A stretch of 64,000 nt of DNA. Origin: Candidatus Latescibacterota bacterium (GTDB taxonomy: Bacteria; Latescibacterota; UBA2968; UBA8231). The notes below the pieces were generated by a model. The model worked only from the letters and a program-made list of their open reading frames with translations. It searched no databases and had not been told where the DNA came from. This document shows positions 1 to 9,722 of the stretch, piece after piece. A program made the translations under genes and the position numbers. The stretch covers positions 1,296,936 to 1,360,935 of the forward strand of contig CBDCNM010000002.1 in NCBI GenBank assembly GCA_965219385.1. The letters run 5' to 3'. The first letter of the stretch is position 1, and the number at the start of each line of letters is the position of its first letter.

Positions 1-70
1 CTCCATCAGGGCCGAGAACAGACTGAAAAGAACGAAGAGGACTAATATTAGTTGTTCCATTTAACCCTGC

Positions 71-1057
71 TTACGAGCGGTCGTTGTCGTCCGCGGAAGC
101 GTCCGAGATCGAATCCCGCATCCCGGTATCCGCCTGGATATTGCGCATCCGGTAGTAGTCCATGATCCCCAGGTTGCCGCTGCGGAAGGCCTCGGCCATG
201 GCCCGCGGCACCTCGGCCTCGGCCTCCTTGACCCGCGCCGTCATCTCCTCCACCAACGCCGTCATCTCCTGCTCCCGCGCCTGCGCCATGGCCCGCCGCT
301 CCTCGGCCTTGGCCTGCGCGATCTTCAGATCCGCATCCGCCTGGTCCGTCTGCAGCTTGGCGCCGATGTTATCGCCTACGTCCACATCGGCGATGTCGAT
401 CGACAGGATCTCGAAGGCCGTGCCTGAGTCCAGCCCCTTGTCCAGCACCGTCTTGGAAATCACGTCCGGATTCTCCAGCACCTGCTTGTGGGTGTCCGCC
501 GAACCGATCGAGGTCACGATGCCCTCGCCCACCCGGGCGATGATGGTCTCCTCGCCGGCGCCGCCCACCAGCCGGTCGATGTTGGCCCGCACCGTCACCC
601 GGCAGGTGGCCTTGACCTGGATTCCGTCCTTGGCCACCGCCGCGATCAGCGGGGTGTTGATCACCTTGGGGTTGACGCTGACCTTGACCGCGTCGAGCAC
701 GTCTCGGCCGGCCAGATCAATGCTGGCGGAACGCTCGAAGGTGAGGGGGATGTTGGCCTTGTCGGCCGAGATGAGGGCCAGGATCACGGCGTCGACATTG
801 CCGCCGGCCAGGAAGTGGGCTTCCATGCGGTCCAGGTCCACGTCCAGGCCGGCCTTGTTGGCGCTGATCTTGGGCCGCACGATGACCTTGGGCGGTACCT
901 TGCGCAGGCGCATGCCCACCAGATCCTTGAAGATGGCCACCTTGACCCCGGCGAAGTAGGCGCTGATCCACAGCCCTATGGGTACAAAGTAGGTGAACAG
1001 GGCCAGAAAGATGATGATCGCGAAAAGGATCAGCAGGAGAAAAATAACTGAAGGCAT
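71..1057 (-). CDS. floA: Flotillin-like protein FloA (YqfA/UPF0365)
   Basis: N-terminal TM; motifs [48 protein letters not shown]; downstream of nfeD. Confidence 0.95.
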   Translation of the reverse strand: MPSVIFLLLILFAIIIFLALFTYFVPIGLWISAYFAGVKVAIFKDLVGMRLRKVPPKVIVRPKISANKAGLDVDLDRMEAHFLAGGNVDAVILALISADKANIPLTFERSASIDLAGRDVLDAVKVSVNPKVINTPLIAAVAKDGIQVKATCRVTVRANIDRLVGGAGEETIIARVGEGIVTSIGSADTHKQVLENPDVISKTVLDKGLDSGTAFEILSIDIADVDVGDNIGAKLQTDQADADLKIAQAKAEERRAMAQAREQEMTALVEEMTARVKEAEAEVPRAMAEAFRSGNLGIMDYYRMRNIQADTGMRDSISDASADDNDRS

Positions 1058-1090
1058 GGTTTCACCCTTCTTTTAAAAGTGGAAGAGTCC

Positions 1091-1591
1091 TTATACTCCG
1101 TTTTCACTACAGCGCTGCACCACCACCCGATTCCCCGCCACCTCCAGGACCGCCACCTCCTCACCGGTCTGCACGAAATCCCCTTCGGTGACCACGTCCA
1201 CGATCTCCTGACCGATCTGCACGCGCCCGGCCGGTCGCAAAGGCGTCAGGACTGCACCCCGGGCTCCCACCAGCTTCTCCATACCCGGCCGCGACGAATC
1301 ATAGCCCTGATCCCGGGTGGTCTCGCTCTCCAGCATCAGCCGCTGCCAGACGCGATTGCGCACCAGCAACCACACCATCACCACCGTGCCCGCCAGTCCC
1401 AGGGCACCGACCCCCACGGCGTGGAGCGGGCCCACCTGATAGGCCACGAACACCCCGGTGCACACCGTCAAAAAACCAACGACGCCAAAAATGTTGAACC
1501 CTGGAATGACAAAAATTTCCAGGAGGATCAGCACAAAACCCAAAACCAGCAGACCGAGGGCATAGAGCAACTCCGGACTAAGAAAACTCAT
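1091..1591 (-). CDS. Short NfeD-like membrane protein (TM region plus C-terminal OB fold)
   Basis: Start MSFLSPELL at 1591 overlaps the upstream stop (ATGA); LEIFVIPGF and TPLRPAGRV...VDVVTEG motifs; the longer 508-aa ORF is an artefactual extension. Confidence 0.85.
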   Translation of the reverse strand: MSFLSPELLYALGLLVLGFVLILLEIFVIPGFNIFGVVGFLTVCTGVFVAYQVGPLHAVGVGALGLAGTVVMVWLLVRNRVWQRLMLESETTRDQGYDSSRPGMEKLVGARGAVLTPLRPAGRVQIGQEIVDVVTEGDFVQTGEEVAVLEVAGNRVVVQRCSENGV

Positions 1592-2931
1592 ACCGGCCTC
1601 ACTACCACCCGGCTGCCCCGGGCCTCGACGATCTTGATCCGGGTATGCTCCTCGATGAACTCCCCCTCGGCGATGATGTCCAGCCGCTTGCCCTCGAACG
1701 ATCCCACCCCCACCGGCCGCAAATCGCTCACGGCCACCCCCTCCAGGCCGACCAGTTCCTGGTCTTTTTCCCGCGGCGCCGAAACATACCCCTCGGACGC
1801 CCGGGTTTCGCTCCGCAGGATCAGGCGGTTGAAAGCAGCAAACCTGGGTAGGGCGCGCAGGAAGGCCACGGATAGCACAAAGGCGCCGATCATGGACCCG
1901 GCCAACACCCCCACCTTCTCGGAGATCTCCGCCACGTTCCACAACTCGAAATCCGGACCGGGATCGCCCAGCTGACTCATCAGCAAACTCGCCCCCATCA
2001 GCAGGATGCCGACCAGCCCCACCACCCCGAAGCCCGGAATCACTGCGATTTCCACCACCAGCAGGGCCAGCCCCACCACAAAGATCAACAACTCGCTCCA
2101 CTCGGCCAACCGGACCACCAGGTGGCTGCCGAAGAACAACCCCAGAGCGATCAGGGCCAGGGTGCCCCCCAGACCCCAGCCCGGGGTGCGAACCTCGGCG
2201 ATCAATCCGAACATGGCCACGGCCAGGAGGATGGAGGTGACGATCGGGTGGGTCAGAAAGCGCAGGGTGTGCTCGGCCCAGTTCATCCCGGCGGGCACCA
2301 CTTCGATCCCCGTCAGATCGTAGATCTGCAGCAAATCTTCCAGGGTCTCGGCCGTCTCGTCGGCCATCTGGTAGTGCAGGGCCTGCTCCGTGGTCAGGGT
2401 GGCCGGCCGCCCCACCTCCGGGCTGAAGCCGGGGATGTCGATTTGTTCGTCCACCATGGCCTCGGCCTTCTTGGGGTCTCGGCCGGTGCGCTCGGCCGTG
2501 GCCCGCATCTCGGCCTTGAAATAGGAGATGACCTTGTCGCTGGCCTTGGTCCCCGAAGCGTCCACGGCCGTGGCCGCCCCGATTGACGAGGCCCGGGTCA
2601 TGACGATTTTGTCGCACGCCAGCGAAATCAGGGCTCCGGCCGAAATAGCCCGCTTGTTGACAAAGGCGATGGTCATGGCCTTGGTGTCGAGGATGGCATC
2701 GCGGATCACCGTGGCCGCATCCACCCGGCCGCCAAAGGTGTCGATCTCAAAGACGATCACCTCCACCCCTTGCTCGTCGGCCTCCTCGACCACCCGCTCC
2801 ACAAAGGCGGCAATCCCCGGATCGATCATGCCCTCCAGCTTCATATCCACGTGGTAGAGGGTCCTGGCCTGCACCCCCGCCGGCAACAACACAAGGGCCG
2901 TAAACCATACTGGATAAAACCTTTTCTTCAC
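1588..2931 (-). CDS. nfeD: Long NfeD (ClpP-class protease domain, TM region, OB fold), YqeZ-like
   Basis: Signal peptide, IDTFGGRVDAA, AISAGALISLAC, DLRPVG motifs; classic nfeD-floA context. Confidence 0.9.
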   Translation of the reverse strand: MKKRFYPVWFTALVLLPAGVQARTLYHVDMKLEGMIDPGIAAFVERVVEEADEQGVEVIVFEIDTFGGRVDAATVIRDAILDTKAMTIAFVNKRAISAGALISLACDKIVMTRASSIGAATAVDASGTKASDKVISYFKAEMRATAERTGRDPKKAEAMVDEQIDIPGFSPEVGRPATLTTEQALHYQMADETAETLEDLLQIYDLTGIEVVPAGMNWAEHTLRFLTHPIVTSILLAVAMFGLIAEVRTPGWGLGGTLALIALGLFFGSHLVVRLAEWSELLIFVVGLALLVVEIAVIPGFGVVGLVGILLMGASLLMSQLGDPGPDFELWNVAEISEKVGVLAGSMIGAFVLSVAFLRALPRFAAFNRLILRSETRASEGYVSAPREKDQELVGLEGVAVSDLRPVGVGSFEGKRLDIIAEGEFIEEHTRIKIVEARGSRVVVRPV

Positions 2932-3061
2932 TTCCCTTTACCTCCTGACTCTCCTCATAAGTATAGTACTCCATAAAGATTGCTTTTGTCAATGTCCATT
3001 TGACGCTTCCTGTCAATCGAGCTATTTTCTGCTCGATTGACCAGTTACCGAAAGGAATGGC

Positions 3062-4306
3062 ATGGAGGAAAACAATCCGATGGATCTCCTCCTCAAAGGC
3101 GGCCGCCTCCTCGACCCTGCCAACCACATCGACACCGTGTCCGACATCGGCATCCAGGACGGCAAAATCGCCCGCGTCGAAGCAGATATCCCGGCCAGCC
3201 AGGCCCTCCACACCATCGACGTCAGCGGCCTCCTGGTCACACCCGGCCTCATCGACATGCACCTCCACGCCTACTGGACCCGCCGGCTGGTGCCGGGGGC
3301 CTGGTCCGACTCCCTCCATCCCGACGCCCACTTTCTCAAGGAAGGCGTGACCACCTGCGTCGACACCGGCACTGCCGGCGGGCGGGAACTCGACCACTTC
3401 CGGGAGAGCGTCATCGACCCATCCACCATCCGCGTCCTGGCCTACGTCAACATCGCCGGCGCTGGCATGGGCGCCCCCGAACAGGAGGTCGCCGGCTTCG
3501 ATCCCCAACGCACCGCCCAGGCCGCCACCGTCCACCAGGAGGTGGTGGTGGGCATCAAGAGCGCCCACTACTGGACCAGTCCTTTCGACCAGGACCACCC
3601 GCCTTGGGCCTCGGCGGAAAAGGCCGTGGAGGCCGGGGACTTGTGTGGGATGCCGGTCATGATCGACTTCGCCCAGCGCCTCCCCGAGCGCCCCTACTCC
3701 ACCCTGCTGCTCGAAAAGCTGCGGCCCGGCGATATCCACACCCACGTGTACGCCAAGCACACCCCGGTCCTGGACCAGGACGGCACGGTCTTCGACTACA
3801 TGTACCAGGCGCGCGAGCGCGGCATCCACTTCGACCTGGGCCACGGGGCTGCCAGCTTCTGGTTTCGCAACGGGGCCCGCGCCATTGCCCAGGGTTTTCC
3901 GCCCGACTCCATCAGCACCGATCTGCACCTGGCCAATATCCGCGGCCACGTCAACACCATGCTGGACGTCATGTCCAAGTGCCTGGCCATGGACATGCCA
4001 CTCCAGGAGGTGATCTACCGCTCCACCGTGGCCCCGGCGCAGGCCATCCACCGGCCCGAGTTGGGCACCCTGAGTCCGGGCGCCGAAGCCGATGTGGCCG
4101 TGCTGGAGTTGCGCTCGGGGGCGTTTTCCTTTCGCGACTGCGGCTGGGCCCGGATCGACGGCCGCCAGCGCCTGGAGTGTGTTTTGACCCTGCGCCGGGG
4201 AGAGGTGGTGTGGGACCGCCACGCTCTCACCTGCCCCCACTGGGAAGAGGCCGAACCAGGCTACTGGGAATCTGGAGCCACCCAGCGCCTGTGGCGCCCC
4301 AACTGA
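3062..4306 (+). CDS. Amidohydrolase/deacetylase-family metallohydrolase (dihydroorotase-like)
   Basis: PGLIDMHLH, GVTTCVDTG, FDLGHG, ISTDLH, GAEADVAV motifs. Confidence 0.85.
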   Translation: MEENNPMDLLLKGGRLLDPANHIDTVSDIGIQDGKIARVEADIPASQALHTIDVSGLLVTPGLIDMHLHAYWTRRLVPGAWSDSLHPDAHFLKEGVTTCVDTGTAGGRELDHFRESVIDPSTIRVLAYVNIAGAGMGAPEQEVAGFDPQRTAQAATVHQEVVVGIKSAHYWTSPFDQDHPPWASAEKAVEAGDLCGMPVMIDFAQRLPERPYSTLLLEKLRPGDIHTHVYAKHTPVLDQDGTVFDYMYQARERGIHFDLGHGAASFWFRNGARAIAQGFPPDSISTDLHLANIRGHVNTMLDVMSKCLAMDMPLQEVIYRSTVAPAQAIHRPELGTLSPGAEADVAVLELRSGAFSFRDCGWARIDGRQRLECVLTLRRGEVVWDRHALTCPHWEEAEPGYWESGATQRLWRPN

Positions 4307-4356
4307 GCCGCGGTTTTCCCGTGAAAGAAGCCCCCGCCACTCTCGAGGTTAAAACC

Positions 4357-5334
4357 ATGGACCTGACCTACCGCCCCCGCCGCCTGCGCCGCAGCGCAAG
4401 TATCCGCAGCCTGGTGCGGGAAACCTTCCTCCGCCCCGAAGAATTCATCTACCCTATGTTTGTGATGGACGGCCAGGGGGTGCGCGAGCCCATCGACTCC
4501 ATGCCCGGCCAGCACCGCTTCTCCGTCGACGAACTGGTCCGGGAGTGCGCCCGGCTCGCGCCCCTGGGCATCGGTGCCGTGAACCTCTTCGGCTACTGTG
4601 AGGACAAGGACGACCAGGCCACCCAGGCCTACAACCCCGAGGGCCTGATCCAGCGCGCCGTGGCCGCCCTCAAAGCCGAGCTGCCCGAGCTGTGCGTGCA
4701 GACCGACGTGGCCCTGGACCCCTACACCGAGCACGGCCACGACGGCCTGGTGGTAGACGGCGAAGTGGTCAACGACGAGAGCGTGGAGGTGCTGAGCAAG
4801 ATGGCGGTGTCCCACGCCCGCGCCGGGGTCGACTGGGTGGCCCCCTCGGACATGATGGACGGCCGCGTCGGCGCCATCCGCCGGGCCCTGGACCAGGCCG
4901 GCTACCCCAACGTCGGCATCCTGGCCTATTCCGCCAAGTACGCCTCCTGCTTTTACGGCCCCTTCCGCGGCGCCCTCAAATCCGCCCCCAAAAAGGGCGA
5001 TAAGAAGACCTACCAGATGGACCCGGCCAACCAGCGCGAGGCCCTGCGCGAGATCGCCCTGGACATCGAGGAGGGCGCCGACGTGGTCATGGTAAAGCCG
5101 GCCCTGCCCTACCTGGATGTGATCGCCCGGGCGCGCCGGGAATTCGACGTGCCCATCGCCGCCTACAATGTCTCCGGCGAGTACGGCATGATCCTGGCCG
5201 CAGCCGCAAAGGGCTGGGTGGACCGCGAACGCGCCATATTCGAAGTCCTCACTGCCATCAAGCGGGCCGGCGCCGACATGATCCTGACCTACTTCGCCCC
5301 GGAAGCGGCCCGCCTGCTGCAAGACCTGCAATAA
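4357..5334 (+). CDS. hemB: Porphobilinogen synthase
   Basis: RPRRLR, DVALDPYTEHGHDG, APSDMMDGRV, YSAKYAS.FYGPFR, MVKPALPYLD; ATG at 4357. Confidence 0.97.
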   Translation: MDLTYRPRRLRRSASIRSLVRETFLRPEEFIYPMFVMDGQGVREPIDSMPGQHRFSVDELVRECARLAPLGIGAVNLFGYCEDKDDQATQAYNPEGLIQRAVAALKAELPELCVQTDVALDPYTEHGHDGLVVDGEVVNDESVEVLSKMAVSHARAGVDWVAPSDMMDGRVGAIRRALDQAGYPNVGILAYSAKYASCFYGPFRGALKSAPKKGDKKTYQMDPANQREALREIALDIEEGADVVMVKPALPYLDVIARARREFDVPIAAYNVSGEYGMILAAAAKGWVDRERAIFEVLTAIKRAGADMILTYFAPEAARLLQDLQ

Positions 5335-5350
5335 AGGAAAGGAAATAAAG

Positions 5351-6088
5351 GTGCTGAGCCCGGAACAAAAAAAACACCTGGACCAGCGCGGCTTCGCGCT
5401 CCTAAAGGGGATCCTGTCCCCGGACGAGACCAATGCCCTGCGCGAACGCGCCGTGGCCTTGGCCCGGGAAGAAAAGGCCGCGGGCAGGGGTTTCACCTAC
5501 CTGGACGACAAGGCCCAGCGGGTGTGGAACCTGGTGAACAAGGGCGAGATCTTCGAGCAGGCCATCCAGCGCCCGGAGGTGCTGGGGCCCATGGAGTACC
5601 TCCTGGGAGAGGATCTCACCCTGAGTTCCTTCACGGTCAACATCATCGGTCCGGGCGCCCCGGCCAGCCACCTCCACCTCGACCTGCCCCTGGCCCGCCT
5701 GCCCCTGCCCCGCCCCAGCTTTGCCCTGTGCGCCAACAGCATGTGGATCCTGGACGACTTCACCCTCGAGAATGGAGCCACCTGCTGTGTGTCCGGTAGC
5801 CACCTCCGGCTCGAGGAAATGCCCGAGCCGGAAGGGATCTACCCGGAGGCCTTGCAGATCGAGGCCCCCAGGGGGTCCATCATGATTATGAACGGCGGGG
5901 TGTGGCACTCTTCCGGCGCCAACCGCACCGAGCGCGAGCGCGTGGCCCTGCTCGGGTTTTTCTGCCGTTCCATCCTCAAGCCGCAGCAGGACCACCTGAA
6001 GATCGTCGCGCCGGAAGTGGTTGCCCGCGCCACGCCCAAACTGAAGCAGCTTCTGGGCTGCGACTCCCAGCCCCAAACCCATGCCTGA
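5351..6088 (+). CDS. Phytanoyl-CoA dioxygenase (PhyH) family protein
   Basis: HxD (LHLD), LDDFTLENGAT, GSH, WH..GANRT motifs. Confidence 0.88.
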   Translation: MLSPEQKKHLDQRGFALLKGILSPDETNALRERAVALAREEKAAGRGFTYLDDKAQRVWNLVNKGEIFEQAIQRPEVLGPMEYLLGEDLTLSSFTVNIIGPGAPASHLHLDLPLARLPLPRPSFALCANSMWILDDFTLENGATCCVSGSHLRLEEMPEPEGIYPEALQIEAPRGSIMIMNGGVWHSSGANRTERERVALLGFFCRSILKPQQDHLKIVAPEVVARATPKLKQLLGCDSQPQTHA

Positions 6089-6288
6089 AAAGCATGGGCA
6101 AACACCGGCCGCAAAAAGTAGCACCCACTCAACTCATTGATTCGGTAGTCAGAAAAAGCATTTGTCATCATGTATAATCAAACTTGAATTCAACTCGTAA
6201 GTGCAATCGCTTGGGTAGCTGGCAGAGAAAAGGCCAACTGGTATATTTCCCATGGCCGTTTCAAACGCAGCTCCCGACGGAGGCGCTT

Positions 6289-6402
6289 ATGGGAACGTAT
6301 CACCCGTTGACCGAGTATCAAAGATACCAAATTTACGCCCTGAAGAAAGCCGGGCATGATCAGCAGCGCATCGCCGCAACGCTGGAGGTATCACCCTCGA
6401 CG
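6289..6402 (+). pseudogene. IS30-family transposase N-terminal HTH remnant
   Basis: YHPLTEYQRYQIYALKKAG...IAATLEVSPST resembles IS30 N-termini; similarity ends abruptly. Confidence 0.7.
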
Positions 6403-6800
6403 AGGGCCGCCGGCGCTACTTGGCCGCCTTCAACCAACGGATGCCCCGCGGCACCACCCGGTTCTATCCGGAGGCGGTCCTCTATGACGGGTTGACGCTT
6501 AATATTACTTTGTCGATTAGGAGTGCTGGTCCCATAAATCCCTATTTTTCAGCAGATTACCGAAAGGCTTGAAAGCGATCTGTTTGGGGTAATGCGCTGT
6601 TTCTTCGGACCTTACAGCACAAATCCTGAATCGGACCCACCCGCCACGCATACACCGCTGGGCCTGCTGGCTTGGCCCCCCCTGTGGGCGCTGCTGATGG
6701 GCGAGCACCTCCATCAGATCAACCCCATCCAACGCAAAAACCATGGGCGCCGAGCCATCCGTCTGTTTCGACGGGGCTTAGACCAACTCACACACCAGGC
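6403..6800 (+). pseudogene. Degraded IS4-like transposase remnant
   Basis: C-terminal-like GEHLHQINPIQRKNHGRRAIRLFRRGLDQL; broken frames. Confidence 0.55.
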
Positions 6801-6861
6801 ACGAGACCGACTTAAAGAGACGCAATACTGTGGTCCACTTTTACTGTACTTAGGGCCGGGA

Positions 6862-6962
6862 GTGAAGCTCGAAGACCTTCAGCCTGAGGCCGCGATACGC
6901 GGCATTCTCGCCGACGGCCTCGTCGTGGTCGTATGCAGTGGTTTGGCGCCGAGGCCCTCACG
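6862..6962 (+). pseudogene. N-terminal fragment of an SNF2-type helicase
   Basis: VKLEDLQPEAAIRGILADGLVVVV then QWFGAEAL in another frame; resembles (from memory) the N-terminus of helicases of DUF499/DUF1156 defence loci. Confidence 0.5.
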
Positions 6963-7190
6963 CACGCTGAGGAGAGTTACAGGCTCGCCACCCAGCATAG
7001 CCTGACCGCCTTGGGAGAGCAGGTCAAGTGGATCCGCTTAGACTCCGAAAGGTCACCGGAAACGGATGATCGCGCAAGGCCAAAACATTAGACCGATGTA
7101 AGGCCGTGCCTTGCTCGCGACAATTGGTCTTTGGAATCGGAGCGACTTCAGACGAATTTCCAGTCAATGGCGATTAATCGCCGTGCCTGC

Positions 7191-7261
7191 TGTCATTCTG
7201 ATCGAAGAGAAGAATCCGTCGTGATGACTCGGTTAAGATCCCTCGCTTAGCTTCGGATCAC
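7191..7261. repeat. Degenerate REP-like palindrome
   Basis: tgtcattctgatcgaagagaagaatc ... gatccctcgcttagcttcggatcac, an imperfect inverted pair. Confidence 0.4.
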
Positions 7262-7467
7262 TCGCGCAGAGTCGTGGTCTTTGGTTTTTTGGGGATGAGG
7301 TGAAAAATCGAGTCGTGGTGGCCTATGTCCAAAGCGGCCATCGAGACATGCAAAAATCGGATAGCTGAGAAGTTCGCGGTTCAATGTCGGGAGCCTTGAA
7401 TGAATTGTTTCTCAACTGGATTTCTGCAAGCAACTCTTTGGTGGTCGCAAATGTCGACTTCTTGTAA

Positions 7468-8399
7468 GAGGCCGTCTGAAAACTCTTGATGTAGCCCGTA
7501 TTTGAATCGGCGTACTCATCGGGCCATATTCAGGTTTCACCACAAAATCTGAATAGAAAGGCCCCTATGATGAGTACGCCTGCCGACGAATATGCCACCG
7601 ATCTAACCGATGCGCAATGGCGTCTAATCAAGCCGTTACTACCCGCCTCGACGTGGCCTCCTGGCGGGCCGGGCCGCCCGCGGCGGGATCCACGCCAGAT
7701 CATCAATGGTCTTTTGTATCTGACCAAGACCGGCTGTCCTTGGGCTTTGTTACCCGCGAGTTTGGGGCCGTGGAAAACGGTGTATGACTACTTTCGCCGC
7801 TGGAGCCTACAAGGGGTCTGGCCGCCGATATTGGATCGACTCACCCAGCGGGAACGCCGCCGGCAGGGTCGGCTATTGACCCCGTCGGCCGGCGGGGTCG
7901 ATAGCCAGACCATCAAGACGGCAACCCAAGGAGAAACAATCGGTTATGACGCCGGCAAAAAGATCAAAGGACGCAAACGTCACCTGTGGGTAGATACCTT
8001 GGGATGGATCCGGCCGGTGGAAGTCACCGCCGCCGATGTGGGCGATCGGGACGGCTTGAAGCGGGTGTTGACCCGCTATGTTGCGCCCGGCGTACCTAGG
8101 CTACGTAAGCTGTGGGTCGATGGCGGCTATGCGGGAGCCGATCTCAAAGGGTGGGTAGCCGACTTAAAAAAGACGCATAAGATCGACTTGGAAGTCGTCG
8201 CTAAACAAGGAAATGGATTTACACCGCTCAAACGACGGTGGGTGGTCGAACGAACCTTTGCGTGGTTGATGAACGTTCGTCGGCATGCCCGAGATTATGA
8301 AGTGTTGACCCGCCACAGCGAAGCGTTGATTCAGATCGCCATGATTTACTTGCTACTCAAACGACTCGCTTAGAATAAACATGGTTTTCAGACGGCCTC
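7468..8399 (+). mobile_element. IS5-family insertion sequence
   Basis: Perfect 16-bp terminal IRs GAGGCCGTCTGAAAAC (7468-7483, 8384-8399); TAA target duplication (7465-7467, 8400-8402). Confidence 0.95.
7567..8373 (+). CDS. IS5-family transposase
   Basis: YATDLTDAQW, VDSQTIK, GYDAGKKIKGRKRH, WVDGGY, RWVVERTFAW. Confidence 0.95.
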   Translation: MMSTPADEYATDLTDAQWRLIKPLLPASTWPPGGPGRPRRDPRQIINGLLYLTKTGCPWALLPASLGPWKTVYDYFRRWSLQGVWPPILDRLTQRERRRQGRLLTPSAGGVDSQTIKTATQGETIGYDAGKKIKGRKRHLWVDTLGWIRPVEVTAADVGDRDGLKRVLTRYVAPGVPRLRKLWVDGGYAGADLKGWVADLKKTHKIDLEVVAKQGNGFTPLKRRWVVERTFAWLMNVRRHARDYEVLTRHSEALIQIAMIYLLLKRLA

Positions 8400-9191
8400 T
8401 AAAGATTCTCGCCTGACACCTTCTCTTCTGGCGTCTTATTCTTGCAGGCACCGTTGATGGCACTTTCAAGCAATGTGAGGTTGCCGAGCTGGTGCATTTT
8501 GGTTAGGTAGTCTTCGGTAGTTTCAAATCCACGATTCGGAAAATCAAATGTAGGTTCGCGAGCGAAGATATGTTCGACTTCTGGTTTTAACTCTTGAATC
8601 CGAATTAGTGCCGCCAAGTCGTATCGCGGTTTGCCCTGCTGGTTGAGAATTGCTTCATCCCGCTCGATGAAAATATGTTTGAGAGCTCGGTTGCCGTAAA
8701 CGTCTTGCCCCAATCTCATACGAAATTCAGTGTCGTGCATGAAATTTTTAACAAACTCAAGAAGTTGATTTTTGATTTGCTCCGGTGTAAGCGTTGTGGC
8801 ATCAGGCTTCCGAGAAAGAATAAAGGTTCCGATGTAATGACCCGTGTCAGTATCAATTGCCTCTTGAAGATCTTCAAAGAGGTCGTCGATATTGGATTGT
8901 TTCCAGGCATAATCGCGCTGGTACTTTGGGATGGCAAAGTAGTTTTGAGTAAAATTTTTTCGAGGGTGGTTTTTTCCATAGTTAGCGTCGCTCACTTTAT
9001 ACGGCGTTACTGGTTGTAACGACTGACCTTCTATTCATCAATCTCTGCTTTTCTGGACTTCCTTAGATCAATACTGAGATTTCTCTGAGAAGCGTTTTTA
9101 AAATTCCTCGTGCCGTCTCCTTGCGCGAAAAAAAGAACTTGGGACCGGGTTTGCCGTCCACAGCCCCCTCGGTAACGGAAGGTCGTAGGCG

Positions 9192-9240
9192 CAAAACGCG
9201 AAAGCGCGACCCCTTTTAAACCAAGAGGTCGCGCTCGCGA
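9192..9240 (-). terminator. Probable intrinsic terminator downstream of tmRNA
   Basis: Stem GCGCGACC/GGTCGCGC followed by T-rich bases on the minus strand. Confidence 0.6.
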
Positions 9241-9244
9241 GAAA

Positions 9245-9602
9245 TGGTGGAGGCGGCGGGAATTGAACCCGCGTCCGAAAATGGTTCTGCCCTAATATAC
9301 TACGTGCGTAGTCGATCCTTTAGTCTCATTTTCTACGGCTCCGACCGACAGGATCCGCAGAAAACCAGTTCGGTAAGTTTCGCCGAATTCCCCCGAACAA
9401 AAAAAATCGACTAGCCTGCTAAGCGTGTCACCAGGGCCGACTTCGCAGGCTTCGTCGGCCCCAGTGGACCGCCTAATTAGGCGGCCAGAGCATAACCGTT
9501 ATCAGCGTCGGTTAAATTTAGTTCCCGTGGATTAACGAGGTTGTCGGGGACCTCGGCACGCAATCCTGGCTTCTCCATCCCCGTCGAACCCAGATCGCCC
9601 CC
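9245..9602 (-). ncRNA. ssrA: tmRNA; tag peptide (A)DADNGYALAA encoded at 9509-9477
   Basis: 5' GGGGGCG pairs with 3' CGCCUCC-ACCA including G3.U; T-arm GCGGGTTCAATTCCCGC; internal ORF ending YALAA-TAA; 358 nt. Confidence 0.96.
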
Positions 9603-9722
9603 ACTGGTAGAAGATTGGATACTCAATTGAGAATATAGTCGGCAGACCCCTCCGTGTCAATCGAGACCCGTCTGCCCGAACAGAATTTATCACGGCGGGG
9701 AAGAAGATTGCAATCTTTGAGT

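Larger units (their letters stand above)
7323..8995 (-). pseudogene. GmrSD-like (DUF262 + DUF1524/HNH) nuclease pseudogene, internally deleted and IS5-interrupted
   Basis: IPKYQRDYAW (DUF262) but no DGQQR motif; VEHIF and LGNLTLL...N (DUF1524); removing the IS5 restores ...GENL-YKKSTFATT...SRWPLWT* ending at 7323. Confidence 0.8.

Noticed and set aside
9245..9280. tRNA gene
   Set aside because: It is the 3' tRNA-like half of tmRNA; the pairing 5' end lies ~350 nt away.
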